In this document: piece by piece, positions 47,843-57,791 of the stretch
How the letters are laid out: every line of letters starts with the position of its first letter
Numbering within the stretch: the first letter of the stretch is position 1
Source: Candidatus Altimarinota bacterium
GTDB lineage: Bacteria; Patescibacteriota; Gracilibacteria; 1-14-2-50-48-13
Reading direction: 5' to 3'
NCBI GenBank assembly: GCA_046314355.1
Contig: JBKBWQ010000001.1
Location: forward strand, 576,001-640,000
Length of the DNA: 64,000 nucleotides
Position numbers and translations under genes: made by a program
Notes under the pieces: model-generated
Seen by the model: only the letters and a program-made list of their open reading frames with translations
Told to the model about the DNA's origin: nothing
Databases searched by the model: none

Positions 47843-48682
47843 ATGAAAAAGCAAGATAAAATAGATGGACAAAATCCTAACCAGATTTTTAACACCAACT
47901 TTCATTCCGAAGTACACGGAAAGAAAAGAAAGCGTGCATCTTTGGCTCTTCCAGCATATAACATACCTCTCATATTATGGGGAGGAGTAATTTTTCTTAT
48001 ACTCTCACTACTTTTCTCTACTTTTTTCATACTAAGGGTAAGCCCTAGAGGAGAAAATATCATGGGAAGTCTCTCACTAAGCAGGCTGATAAGTCAGGAA
48101 AGACAAAACCGCCAGGTACTTGAGTCTAAAGTAGCAGAAACAAAAACAACTCTTTCAGATACAGGAAAAGATATTGATAAACTCCTTATATCAAGTTCGC
48201 TAGATAGTCTTCCCGAACTTGCAGTAGCACGAGAGCTTTTTACAAAAAAAATTAATTGGTTTAGAGCATATGTAGGAATAGATCAGACCATTAAGCAAAT
48301 TGTAGCTGCTAATGATATCTTAAAAAAGATCACAATTGGATCTATCAGCTTTGATCAGGCAAATAAAAAAGTCCTGCTGGAAAATGTCAGAGCTTATGGC
48401 ACATACTACGGAGTAAACGAAGATCAAAAGTCAGGATCAAGTATTTCACTTGCTGCAGGTATCGTAGATGCATTTGAGCAGTCCAGCTATTTTAAAGATA
48501 TCAGTGTTGATGAGTATACTAGAAGGCAGGAGCTTGGCAGCGGCGCGCTACTCACAGAATTTTTCACTCCTATTATACTCCATGCAACTCTTCAGGATCC
48601 TGATGAGAGTAATGCTAAAGATAAGAAGACAAATATAGAACAGGAGATCAATAGTCTCAAAAAAAATCCCTCTGACTCTTAA
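47843..48682 (+). CDS. PilN-like membrane protein
   Basis: TM, coiled coil, 'W', then a ferredoxin-like segment 'FEQSSYFKDI'; upstream of the pilus ATPase. Confidence 0.5.
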   Translation: MKKQDKIDGQNPNQIFNTNFHSEVHGKKRKRASLALPAYNIPLILWGGVIFLILSLLFSTFFILRVSPRGENIMGSLSLSRLISQERQNRQVLESKVAETKTTLSDTGKDIDKLLISSSLDSLPELAVARELFTKKINWFRAYVGIDQTIKQIVAANDILKKITIGSISFDQANKKVLLENVRAYGTYYGVNEDQKSGSSISLAAGIVDAFEQSSYFKDISVDEYTRRQELGSGALLTEFFTPIILHATLQDPDESNAKDKKTNIEQEINSLKKNPSDS

Positions 48683-48693
48683 AAGCTATTACT

Positions 48694-49827
48694 ATGCAAT
48701 TACCAATTTCAAAAATACAATCAATACGTATCATCTCCATCTCTTGTTTTGTCATAGGTGCCCTTTTTATAGTAAATATATTTACAGGATGGTTTATAAA
48801 AGCTCCTTACTGTGGGACATTTGTTGATCCCTGTACATTCTGGAGAAGCTATCTCTACCTCTCTTCCCAGGCACATAATACACATGCACTGGATGAAAAT
48901 GCTCTGGCACAGATTTTTTTAAGAGAAAAAGAACGCTTTCTCAAGGATCAGGAGAATAATGTTTATACAAATAAGCTTGTACAGCAGTTTAAAAATTCTA
49001 TTATCAGCAAAGAAAAAATAGCTGAAGTAATGAATACTTTTGCAAATCAGGAAAAGATAAAAGAATTCCGGGATCAGCCTTCTATCACTGAGGAACAGAT
49101 GGGTCTTGTTAGTATGTATGCTTATTCTACAGTTGCAAATACGTTTCAGAAGTACTTAGATAGTGCAAAAAATAGTCTTGTGGAAAAGAATGTAAAAATA
49201 TTAGGCAAGATTATGCCTACATCAGTCAACCTTAATGATTATGTCCGTTTCTTTGATAGACTACAGGAGAATATCAATACTCCTCAAAAACCATTCATAT
49301 TTGAAAATATTAGCGTCAAAGAAGGTACCATCTCCACTGAATATTATGACACCGTAGATATCTCATTTCTCTTAAAGACAACTAATGACAATTTAAAAGA
49401 ATTTTTGAAAGGTATTTATGACAGCGGTAACCTTCCGATACTCTCTCTCGATAATAATCCCCTATTTCCTTTTGTTGAAGTAAACCAGATAAAAGTTACT
49501 TTACCAAAGGATGATATTGCAACTTCATCAGGAGCTATACTTACGTCTGAGATGAAGCTTACAGCTTATATCAAAGCAGTATCTGAAAATAGTATTACAA
49601 CGATACAGACAGAAATTAAAGAACTGGAGGACAAAATCACTACAGCAGATAAGATTGCAGATTTTACAGAAGATAAGCGCATAAAAAAAGAAAGTCTGGT
49701 ACAATATATAGACAGCTATAAAACAGAATATGCTAATGCAGTCGCAAGCAAAAATCTCAGAAAAGCACTGTCAGCTCTACAAAATATTAAAGAACTCACC
49801 TCTGAGCTCTACACCCTCTACCTATGA
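48694..49827 (+). CDS. PilO-like membrane protein
   Basis: TM, coiled coil, 'MP...' then 'NLKEFLKGI...VEVNQI'; positional inference. Confidence 0.45.
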   Translation: MQLPISKIQSIRIISISCFVIGALFIVNIFTGWFIKAPYCGTFVDPCTFWRSYLYLSSQAHNTHALDENALAQIFLREKERFLKDQENNVYTNKLVQQFKNSIISKEKIAEVMNTFANQEKIKEFRDQPSITEEQMGLVSMYAYSTVANTFQKYLDSAKNSLVEKNVKILGKIMPTSVNLNDYVRFFDRLQENINTPQKPFIFENISVKEGTISTEYYDTVDISFLLKTTNDNLKEFLKGIYDSGNLPILSLDNNPLFPFVEVNQIKVTLPKDDIATSSGAILTSEMKLTAYIKAVSENSITTIQTEIKELEDKITTADKIADFTEDKRIKKESLVQYIDSYKTEYANAVASKNLRKALSALQNIKELTSELYTLYL

Positions 49828-51083
49828 ACAGTCTCATATACACATCAAAATTTGTAAAAGATCTTCAGGAATCAATAGTCTCAGGTCAAGCTCCTGAAGT
49901 ACTCGCGGACATGATGGAAATCGCAGTGGCAGAAAGAGCCAGCGATATCCATGTAGAACCGCTTGATCAAAAAGTACGTGTACGTCTCCGTATTGACGGT
50001 AAGCTCCATACACTTATCGAGTATGGTGATGCTCTTCATAAAGCGCTCGTATCCAGAGTAAAAGTAATGTCCAACCTGAAGATAGATGAGCATAGAAAAC
50101 CTCAGGACGGACGTATACATACCACTATCTCTGAAGGAAAGATGGTAGATATCCGTGTCTCAGTCTTCCCTACCATCTATGGAGAAAAGGTAGTAATGCG
50201 TATTATCGATCACTCTTTCAAAATACCAAATCTCTCAGAGCTCGGACTTGAGGGTCGAAGTCTTGCAATAATGAAGGAAGCTCTTGAGAAACCTAATGGA
50301 ATTATCCTCAACACAGGACCAACAGGTTCTGGAAAATCAACAACTCTCTATGCATGCTTAAATAATCTAAATAATGACACTGTAAATATTCTGACACTTG
50401 AGGATCCAGTGGAGAATCAAATGAGCGGTCTTAATCAAAGCCAGGTACATCCCGACATTGGCTATACATTTGCTACAGGACTTAGAAACGCTCTGCGTCA
50501 GGATCCCGACATCATGATGGTGGGTGAGATACGAGATAAAGAGACTCTGGAAACTTCTATCGAAGCTGCACTTACAGGTCACCTTGTTCTTTCCACTCTC
50601 CATACGAATTCTGCCATTGAAACAATCACAAGACTATTAAATATGCAGGTGCCAAGATATCTGATCACTTCAACTGTTCAGATCATTATCGCACAGCGTC
50701 TTGTGCGTGTTCTCTGCCAGAAATGTAAGATTTGGACAGCTCCTTCTGATATTGTGCGGACAGATATCCTAAACTCTCTCAAGACGCTCTCTGCGGAGGA
50801 AGTTAAGACTCGACTTCCAAATCTCCAAATTAAAGATTTTAAGATTCCGCAGGCAGGTACTGGATGTTCGGAATGCAGTAACGTAGGATACAAAGGACGT
50901 CTTGCCATTTATGAGATTCTTAAATTTACTGATCCTATTCAACAGGCGATTCTTCAGGAGGAATCTACAATGCAGATATCTGTCATTGCGGCACGTGAAG
51001 GCACTACCTTCCTGAGGCAGGATGGTATTATACGAGTATTACAGGGACTTACCTCGCTTGAAGAGGTCTATGCAAATACTTAA
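49824..51083 (+). CDS. Type IV pilus/T2SS assembly ATPase (PilB/GspE family)
   Basis: 'ASDIHVEP', 'GPTGSGKST', 'LRQDPDIMMVGEIRD', 'TGHLVLSTLH', CxxC...CxxC. Confidence 0.95.
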   Translation: MNSLIYTSKFVKDLQESIVSGQAPEVLADMMEIAVAERASDIHVEPLDQKVRVRLRIDGKLHTLIEYGDALHKALVSRVKVMSNLKIDEHRKPQDGRIHTTISEGKMVDIRVSVFPTIYGEKVVMRIIDHSFKIPNLSELGLEGRSLAIMKEALEKPNGIILNTGPTGSGKSTTLYACLNNLNNDTVNILTLEDPVENQMSGLNQSQVHPDIGYTFATGLRNALRQDPDIMMVGEIRDKETLETSIEAALTGHLVLSTLHTNSAIETITRLLNMQVPRYLITSTVQIIIAQRLVRVLCQKCKIWTAPSDIVRTDILNSLKTLSAEEVKTRLPNLQIKDFKIPQAGTGCSECSNVGYKGRLAIYEILKFTDPIQQAILQEESTMQISVIAAREGTTFLRQDGIIRVLQGLTSLEEVYANT

Positions 51084-51165
51084 AGCAGTCTCTTGCAAAA
51101 ATCATACCTTTACTGGTATAATAACAAGAAAGAAGGTTTTATTTTCCAATTTTTCTCTCAACATC

Positions 51166-51681
51166 ATGAACAAACGTACTCTCAAAAAAGGTTTCACCCT
51201 TACAGAACTTCTTATCGTAATCCTCATCATTGGATTGCTCATGGCATTTATCCTACCTCAGCTTCTCAGAGGACCTGCTCAGGCACGTGATCTTCAGCGA
51301 GTAACTGATATTGGTCGTATTGCTGCAGCTCTTGAGAGCTATAGAAGTAGTAATGGTTCACTTCCGGACGGAGGATGTATCAAACCAGAAACTGCTACTG
51401 CAAATAGACTTATCGAGCTTGGTATATTTTCAGTACAGAACTTCCCTTCTGACCCTGTAAAAACAAATGATGTAGGTAGTTGTGAAGGTGGATATCTTTA
51501 CACACTTGTACAAGCTAACGGTATTCCTAAAAATGGATTCGTTATAGCTGCAAAAATGGAGAATGCCGGAAATGCAAACTATAGTTCAAATGGTAACACT
51601 ATTTCTGATCTTACAACAAACCCTCCAAAGCTTGAGAAAGGAGTTGCTTCAAATAAGTATTACATAAAGGTAAGTGATTAA
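51166..51681 (+). CDS. Type IV pilin / pseudopilin
   Basis: Class III signal 'KKG/FTLTELLIVILIIGLL' followed by 'ARDLQR..D'. Confidence 0.92.
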   Translation: MNKRTLKKGFTLTELLIVILIIGLLMAFILPQLLRGPAQARDLQRVTDIGRIAAALESYRSSNGSLPDGGCIKPETATANRLIELGIFSVQNFPSDPVKTNDVGSCEGGYLYTLVQANGIPKNGFVIAAKMENAGNANYSSNGNTISDLTTNPPKLEKGVASNKYYIKVSD

Positions 51682-51701
51682 TAAGAACAGGTAACATATT
51701 T

Positions 51702-51738
51702 AAAAGAACTGCTTCAGTAATGAAGTGGTTCTTTTTTT
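51702..51738 (+). terminator. Intrinsic terminator after the pilin gene
   Basis: AAAAGAACTGCTTCA-GTAA-TGAAGTGGTTCTTTTTTT. Confidence 0.8.
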
Positions 51739-51740
51739 GT

Positions 51741-51838
51741 GTAAGTAATTGGGGCTCATATAATTGAACTCAATAATTGGGCTCACATCATTCAGTAATT
51801 GAGCTCAATTATGAGAGCCTAATTATGTGCCCCTTACC
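51741..51838. repeat. Modular palindromic intergenic array, copy 6
   Basis: GTAAGT-AATTGGGGCTCATAT-AATTGAACTCAAT-AATTGGGCTCACAT-CATTCAGT-AATTGAGCTCAATT-ATGAGAGCCTAATT-ATGTGCCCC. Confidence 0.88.
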
Positions 51839-51916
51839 CAAGCCTCCTGACTTCCCCATTTACTTTTCTTCCATTATTCTTAAGATAAGTCGCAGTTATA
51901 TTGTATATCACATATC

Positions 51917-53011
51917 ATGGCTCTTCAGATAGGTATCGTAGGTCTTCCAAACGTAGGAAAATCAACTCTTTTTAATGCTCTTACAAAGTCCCGTGCTGCT
52001 CAGGCAGCAAACTATCCTTTTTGTACTATCGATCCTAATGTAGGAATCGTAGAGGTGCGTGATGATAGGCTCACTGCTCTTGAAAAAACAGTGAATGCGC
52101 AGAAAATTGTACCTTCCACTGTAGAATTTGTGGATATAGCCGGAATCGTGAAAGGAGCATCACAAGGTGAAGGACTTGGAAATAAGTTTCTCGCAAATAT
52201 CCGTGAGTGCGATGCGGTACTACAGGTAGTACGTGTATTCGAGGATTCAAACGTAACCCATGTGGAAAACTCTGTCCATCCTAAAAGAGATATCGAAATT
52301 ATCAATGCAGAGCTTATCCTTGCAGATCTTGAGACTCTTGGAAAACAGTATGAACAAAATGCAAAGAAAGCGCGCGCAGGAGATAAAGATGCCGTAAAAC
52401 TTGATGCATTATTCAGTACAGTTAAAAATACCCTCCTCGAAGGAAATCTCGCATGTACACTTTCTTTTACGGATGAAGAAAAAGAATTATTAAGACCTCT
52501 TCATCTTCTGACGATGAAGCCATTTATATATGCTGCAAATGTGAGCGAGGCTCAGCTTGGAGAAATAGATATGACAAAAGTTAGAGAACAGCTAGGATTA
52601 GACGCTGCGCTACCTGTCATGCCTATTTCAGCAAAACTTGAAGAAGAGTTATTAGATCTCTCAAGTGAAGATAAGAAAGAATTCCTCCAGGAGCTCGGAT
52701 TAGATGATACCGGTTTAGATGCACTTATACAGCTGGCTTTTGATACACTTGGGCTTATGTACTACTTTACCGCAGGAGAAACTGAAGTTCGTGCATGGAC
52801 CATACATAAAGGCTGGAAAGCACCTCAAGCCGCAGGAGTAATCCATACAGACTTTGAAAAAGGATTTATTAAGGCAGATGTGGTGAGCTGGAAAGATCTC
52901 GTTGATCTTGGAGGATGGACCAAAGCACGTGAGACTGGAAAAGTCCGTATGGAAGGTAAAGAATATACAATGCAGGACGGTGATGTGGTGCTGTTTAAAT
53001 TCAATGTTTAA
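51917..53011 (+). CDS. ychF: Redox-regulated ATPase YchF (Obg family)
   Basis: 'GIVGLPNVGKST', 'ANYPFCTIDPN', 'APQAAGVIHTDFEKGFI'. Confidence 0.98.
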   Translation: MALQIGIVGLPNVGKSTLFNALTKSRAAQAANYPFCTIDPNVGIVEVRDDRLTALEKTVNAQKIVPSTVEFVDIAGIVKGASQGEGLGNKFLANIRECDAVLQVVRVFEDSNVTHVENSVHPKRDIEIINAELILADLETLGKQYEQNAKKARAGDKDAVKLDALFSTVKNTLLEGNLACTLSFTDEEKELLRPLHLLTMKPFIYAANVSEAQLGEIDMTKVREQLGLDAALPVMPISAKLEEELLDLSSEDKKEFLQELGLDDTGLDALIQLAFDTLGLMYYFTAGETEVRAWTIHKGWKAPQAAGVIHTDFEKGFIKADVVSWKDLVDLGGWTKARETGKVRMEGKEYTMQDGDVVLFKFNV

Positions 53012-53082
53012 CAGAGGAATTTGACTTTTATTGTTCAAAGGGTAGAATGCTAGATAGCTTTTATCACTTACCCCCATTTCTT

Positions 53083-53280
53083 ATGGCAACAACTAATCAA
53101 CCACAGAGTGAGACATCATCAAACGTACTCGCAATCGTGATAGCAGGAATAGTACTTATTGTTCTATTACTTCTCTGGAAGTCATATGCTGCTCCAGCAG
53201 ATACTTCATTAAATGCGAATACTGATACAACAAGAAGCACCACTTCTCCATCCACTTCAACTGGAATGATGCTCTACTAA
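53083..53280 (+). CDS. Small single-TM protein
   Basis: One TM plus a Ser/Thr tail; a TTGACT..TAGAAT promoter lies upstream. Confidence 0.55.
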   Translation: MATTNQPQSETSSNVLAIVIAGIVLIVLLLLWKSYAAPADTSLNANTDTTRSTTSPSTSTGMMLY

Positions 53281-53315
53281 AGTCAAAAAAAGCCCTCTAG
53301 AAATGGAGGGCTTTT

Positions 53316-54014
53316 TTATTTATCTCTTGTTGTGTATACATGACACTTAGCAAGAAGCTTTTCCATCTTTGGGAAAAAATTTATCCTTTCAAGAAGAGGA
53401 TTTAACCATCCAGTAGTAATACAGTAGTAGTGCTCAAATGGAGGAGTATGATGCACTCTATGATGTTTAGGAGCTAAGACAACGTGGCTTTTCTGAAGTA
53501 TTTTTACCCAAGTCGAGGTATGTATCTGATGACTCCATTTGTGAAAAAGATTTGTAAGCACGCCAAAAAATGAAATCCATACAAGAATAATACTTAATAC
53601 TGCAATTGGTGTAGAGGCAGGCAAAAGGAACAAAAGAAGAAGATGGCATCCTAAAAGAATAGAAGCAACAAGAGCCGCATGACCAATGGTACCGAAGAAA
53701 TTACTCTTACACATCCCCAGAGGAGTAAGATGATGCTGTCTAAAATTTTGAATAAAAAGCGGACCAATCAGGAATGTATCCTTTGTCCCGTAAGAATCAC
53801 AGAACCAGTGAACGAGACCAGAAATAAAATCGCTGATAATGATTGAAATAGGTATGCTAATAAAAAAAACTAGAATGAACCATATAAGTCCCAGTATTTT
53901 GAATGCGTTGATATCAATATATATACTCTCCGCGATCCATACAAAAGTTGCTAGAGGCAGTAGAAAGACCTCTAAGAGAGAATTATAGGAAGCATTTTTA
54001 GATGATGTATCCAT
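53316..54014 (-). CDS. CarF/TMEM189 (Kua domain) lipid desaturase family protein
   Basis: 'DFISGLVHWFCDSYG', 'FRQHH', 'HKWSH', 'HHRVHH', 'YCITTGWLN'. Confidence 0.88.
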   Translation of the reverse strand: MDTSSKNASYNSLLEVFLLPLATFVWIAESIYIDINAFKILGLIWFILVFFISIPISIIISDFISGLVHWFCDSYGTKDTFLIGPLFIQNFRQHHLTPLGMCKSNFFGTIGHAALVASILLGCHLLLLFLLPASTPIAVLSIILVWISFFGVLTNLFHKWSHQIHTSTWVKILQKSHVVLAPKHHRVHHTPPFEHYYCITTGWLNPLLERINFFPKMEKLLAKCHVYTTRDK

Positions 54015-54075
54015 AAAGGAGTAATGTGAAGCTAGAGCTACTATACAAAAAGAATCTAAAACCGTAAAGATAAGT

Positions 54076-54756
54076 TTAAGTAGTCTTCATCATTCGAACG
54101 AGCTCTGCGCCATCAATCAGCCACATATTCTCATCTTTCATATATACCTTAGTATGATCACTAAATTTCGCTGTTGTAACAAATACAGGGCGCTTAAGTC
54201 CAAGTCTCTGGCAAGAAGGAATGACAGCTTTTACAATCTCGATCTTTAGATAAGACTCAGGATCATATTTTTTACACTGCACACCGTAACTCTCTCCATT
54301 TTTTTCCATAATAATATCTATCCCTCCATCAAGTGAAGATGGAGTAATTTTAACATTTTGGAAACCATGTTTTCGAAACACCGCCGCTACGGCCTCTTCA
54401 AAGTCAAAGGGATTGAGAGCATAGAGTTTATCTAGAGAATCACTGCCAATGAGCATTTTTTTGAGAGATTTTTCCTGCATACTCGCACTGATGTATGCAG
54501 CACCTAAGACAAGAATAACCACTAGCATAAAGATAAGACTCATACCCCAGTCAAGAATTCCAAATAATGGAAGCAAAAGAAAAACTACAGCAGCAGCTAC
54601 TATTCCAAACTTGATAAGCTTTCTTTGAAGCACAAAAAACTCCTGACGTTTCTTGGAATATTTCTGCCGGTCAAGAACTTTTTGGAACTGCTGATTCTTC
54701 CATTCCTGCTGTGAAAGACGAGGCTTTGGAGTATATTTCGGAGAAGACTGCTGCAT
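54076..54756 (-). CDS. Membrane-anchored Mrr-like restriction endonuclease domain protein
   Basis: Two TMs, then 'FEEAVA..F...DGGIDII...VQCKKY...VTTAKFS...LIDGAEL'. Confidence 0.85.
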   Translation of the reverse strand: MQQSSPKYTPKPRLSQQEWKNQQFQKVLDRQKYSKKRQEFFVLQRKLIKFGIVAAAVVFLLLPLFGILDWGMSLIFMLVVILVLGAAYISASMQEKSLKKMLIGSDSLDKLYALNPFDFEEAVAAVFRKHGFQNVKITPSSLDGGIDIIMEKNGESYGVQCKKYDPESYLKIEIVKAVIPSCQRLGLKRPVFVTTAKFSDHTKVYMKDENMWLIDGAELVRMMKTT

Positions 54757-54815
54757 AAATACTGTAAAAAATCTTTACATCTATTGTATAGGAAACTACT
54801 AAAATACACAATTCC

Positions 54816-55103
54816 CTACTCCTGATAATCTATCACCTGCTCATCTCTTCTATATTTTTTCATATCACTCATCATAAGTGTCATTCTTTTCTCAAGATAC
54901 TTTACTACAGCGAATATAAACAGCATGAGAATTGCCCAAGAACCGCTAATAACTGCAAAGAAAAGATACATAGCTTTTGCTGCAGCATTTAGAGTACCTT
55001 CTCCGAGATGTACAAACTGCTGAACGAATATAAGCGTGAAAAGAAGCGCAAGTAAAAATAGTACTCCGAGTATTCGGAAAAAAGGATTTTTGAAGGTTTG
55101 CAT
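54816..55103 (-). CDS. Small membrane protein
   Basis: 95 aa with two TM helices. Confidence 0.65.
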   Translation of the reverse strand: MQTFKNPFFRILGVLFLLALLFTLIFVQQFVHLGEGTLNAAAKAMYLFFAVISGSWAILMLFIFAVVKYLEKRMTLMMSDMKKYRRDEQVIDYQE

Positions 55104-55274
55104 AGAATTTTAATGAAGAATTACGTGATAATTATATTCTATATGGAATAGAATGCTACTTTATTAGATCTAAAAAAGCTTTTATATTTGGAAATAGTTT
55201 CTCTCTCAGGGCTTCCTCTTTTGACTAAAGAAATGATTATTGAACGGGATAACAGGCTCAGCTCATTTCAATAA

Positions 55275-56714
55275 TTATACAATCTTCTCAAACAACACTA
55301 TCTTCTCTCTCTTCTCAAGTGCATCTCTAGCTTTTGCTACTGCTTCAGGAATGATTGGTTCATAGAGATCATTTAATTTATGAATCGCAAAGCTTAAGTT
55401 ATTGATGACGAGTTCAATTTGAGATTTCTCTTCCATCTTCCACGGAGCCTGGTCCACAATGTATTTATTTGCAAAAAGTGCAAGATCATGAGTAATTCTA
55501 TACCCGTCATTCAATTCAAATTTTTCAAAATACGCTTCTGCTTTTTCTACAAAATTCATTACTTCTTTCTTAAAGCTTTCCTCTACCTTTGCCTCATTAT
55601 TTATCTCCACTTCTTTGAGGTTTGCCATGTGTACTACTCGGGAGAGAAGATTTCCATATGCATCCGCAAGATCTGAATTACATACATCTTTGAGTTCCTG
55701 TTCTTTATATGAAGAATTACTGTATGTAGGAAGCACAGCTGCCATATAGTATCTCAAATAATTGAGTCCGTACTTTTCTATTTGCTCAAAAGGAGATACA
55801 CCATTTCCAAGACTCTTTGACATCTTTCGTCCCTCTTCATCAAGCACTGTTCCATGCATCAATGCCTTTGTTGTAAATTTAAGACCCGCAGAGGCGAGCA
55901 TACCCTGCCAAATAGCACATTGGAATCTAAGGTTATCTGGACCAAATATCTGTACTCCAGGCCACCATTCCTGAAATCTTGCCTCATCATCTGCATATCC
56001 CACCGCGCCTATATAGTTTGGAAGCGCATCAAACCATACATAAATGGTCTGAGTAGGATCATTGGGAACCTGTACTCCCCAAGGTACCTTATCGCTGCTT
56101 CGGGATACACTGATATCCTCAAGTTCAGCCACAAAATTCTCTAGTTCTTTTATCTTTGATGAAGGAGAAAGAAACTCTGGATTTGATTTAAAATATGCAA
56201 GCAGCTCTTCCCGGTATTTTGAGAGTTTGAAAAAATAGTTTTCTTCCTCTACTAAAACAGGTGCTTTCCCATGATCTGGACAGAGTCCATCTACAAGATC
56301 CTTCTCAGTCTTAAAACCTTCGCATCCAACACAGTAAAGACCGCTATATTGTTTTTTATAGATATCTCCCTTTTCCATACAAGCATTCCAAATCTTGTGA
56401 ACAGTCGGTACATGATAAGCCTCAGAAGTTCTATAGAAATTATCATAGCTAATACTAAAGAGTTCACAGAAGTCCTTAAAACGCTGAGCAAAATAATCCA
56501 CAAATTCCTTGGGAGTCTTCTCTACCTCTGTAGCCTTTTGAAAAATCTTTAATCCATGCTCATCAGTACCTATATTAAAGAAAACCTGTTCTTTACCAAG
56601 TTTCTGCCTTTTATATCTCGCCATCGTATCAGCTTGGATAAATTCAAGTGCATGACCTATATGCGGTTCTGCATTAACGTATGGAAGAGTCGTAGTAATA
56701 TAAAAAGGCTTCAT
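55275..56714 (-). CDS. metG: Methionine--tRNA ligase (short form)
   Basis: 'TTTLPYVNAEPHIGH', 'GTDEHG', 'YVWFDAL', KMSKS. Confidence 0.97.
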   Translation of the reverse strand: MKPFYITTTLPYVNAEPHIGHALEFIQADTMARYKRQKLGKEQVFFNIGTDEHGLKIFQKATEVEKTPKEFVDYFAQRFKDFCELFSISYDNFYRTSEAYHVPTVHKIWNACMEKGDIYKKQYSGLYCVGCEGFKTEKDLVDGLCPDHGKAPVLVEEENYFFKLSKYREELLAYFKSNPEFLSPSSKIKELENFVAELEDISVSRSSDKVPWGVQVPNDPTQTIYVWFDALPNYIGAVGYADDEARFQEWWPGVQIFGPDNLRFQCAIWQGMLASAGLKFTTKALMHGTVLDEEGRKMSKSLGNGVSPFEQIEKYGLNYLRYYMAAVLPTYSNSSYKEQELKDVCNSDLADAYGNLLSRVVHMANLKEVEINNEAKVEESFKKEVMNFVEKAEAYFEKFELNDGYRITHDLALFANKYIVDQAPWKMEEKSQIELVINNLSFAIHKLNDLYEPIIPEAVAKARDALEKREKIVLFEKIV

Positions 56715-56795
56715 ATGTGCAATAATAAAATAACTTGTTCTTATTATATGTACTCAAGCATGAAGAACAAGAGAAACCTTACTATAGAGAAGGAA

Positions 56796-57545
56796 TTACT
56801 TTAACGACGAATATGCCTTAGAGTCACGGTTTACTACCTGTTCCTTCAAGCGGTAAATGATCTCAGCAAGCTCACCTCTAGTAATCTTCTGTTCAAAAAG
56901 ACTAATCGTAGAAGGAATAGCCTTTCTATCTGCGAGTGCTCCTACATAAGGACGGTACCAGACCGCATCTTGGGATGTGGAAAATCCGAAAGCATTTGAA
57001 AGAATCTTAGAAGCTTCCACAAAAGATACATTTTGTTCTGGCTTGAATGATCCATCCGGGTATCCTCCAATAAGTGACTTCATTTTTGCTAGACAGACGA
57101 ATCTCTGATACCAGACTCCATTAGTTATATCAGGAAAACAACTATCATATACCTTTAAAATACTGCTTTTCGGATCAGGTTTACCATTTGCATCAGTTGA
57201 GTACCCCATGCATGCACCATAGTTTACAAAAGCAGCAGCTTCACATTTATTAATCCCCTCACACATGCTGATGTCTGTCTTATATTCTTGGTTACAAATA
57301 TATGCATCATCCACTTCATTTTTATAGAAACTATTTACGACAATCTTTGTAAACTCTGCTCTGTTAATAGAGCTTTCAGGCTTATAGGTACCATCAGCAT
57401 ATCCAGTAACGATCCCTTCACGCTGAACATAGTCTACGGAATTTGAATATGTATAACTGGCAGGCACATCAGAAAAAGCAGCATGCGCTGGCATAGCACC
57501 AAGTAGCAGAAGCATCGCAAGCACCATTCGAAAAATATTTTTCAT
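56796..57545 (-). CDS. S-layer homology (SLH) domain protein
   Basis: Signal peptide; 'GYADGTYKPESSINRAEF', 'GYPDGSFKP', 'ITRGELAEIIYR'; Cys-rich insert. Confidence 0.88.
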   Translation of the reverse strand: MKNIFRMVLAMLLLLGAMPAHAAFSDVPASYTYSNSVDYVQREGIVTGYADGTYKPESSINRAEFTKIVVNSFYKNEVDDAYICNQEYKTDISMCEGINKCEAAAFVNYGACMGYSTDANGKPDPKSSILKVYDSCFPDITNGVWYQRFVCLAKMKSLIGGYPDGSFKPEQNVSFVEASKILSNAFGFSTSQDAVWYRPYVGALADRKAIPSTISLFEQKITRGELAEIIYRLKEQVVNRDSKAYSSLK

Positions 57546-57630
57546 TTAGGAAGGAATAAGATATCAACTACGGGAAAAAGTGTACTCTTATTTTCAAGAT
57601 CATCAAGAAAAGGAAGATAAAAGAATTGTG

Positions 57631-57785
57631 GTAATAAGTAATTGTGGCGCGATGATGAGAGGCTCGGTAATTGGGCTCTTATCATTGAGCTCAATTATTA
57701 AGGGCTCTTAATTAGGCTACAATCATTGAGCTCAATTACTTAATGATGTGAGCCCAATGATTGAGCCTAATTACCGAGCCCCAAT
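57631..57785. repeat. Modular palindromic intergenic array, copy 7 (longest)
   Basis: Outer inverted repeat GGCTCGGTAATTGGGCTC / GAGCCTAATTACCGAGCC; two ATTGAGCTCAAT cores. Confidence 0.9.
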
Positions 57786-57791
57786 CTCCCC

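Noticed and set aside
18970-53311. Recurring AGAAAT/ATTTCT in terminator loops (near 18974, 20487, 22244, 53299)
   Set aside because: It is explained by an ordinary GAAA tetraloop closed by an A-T pair.
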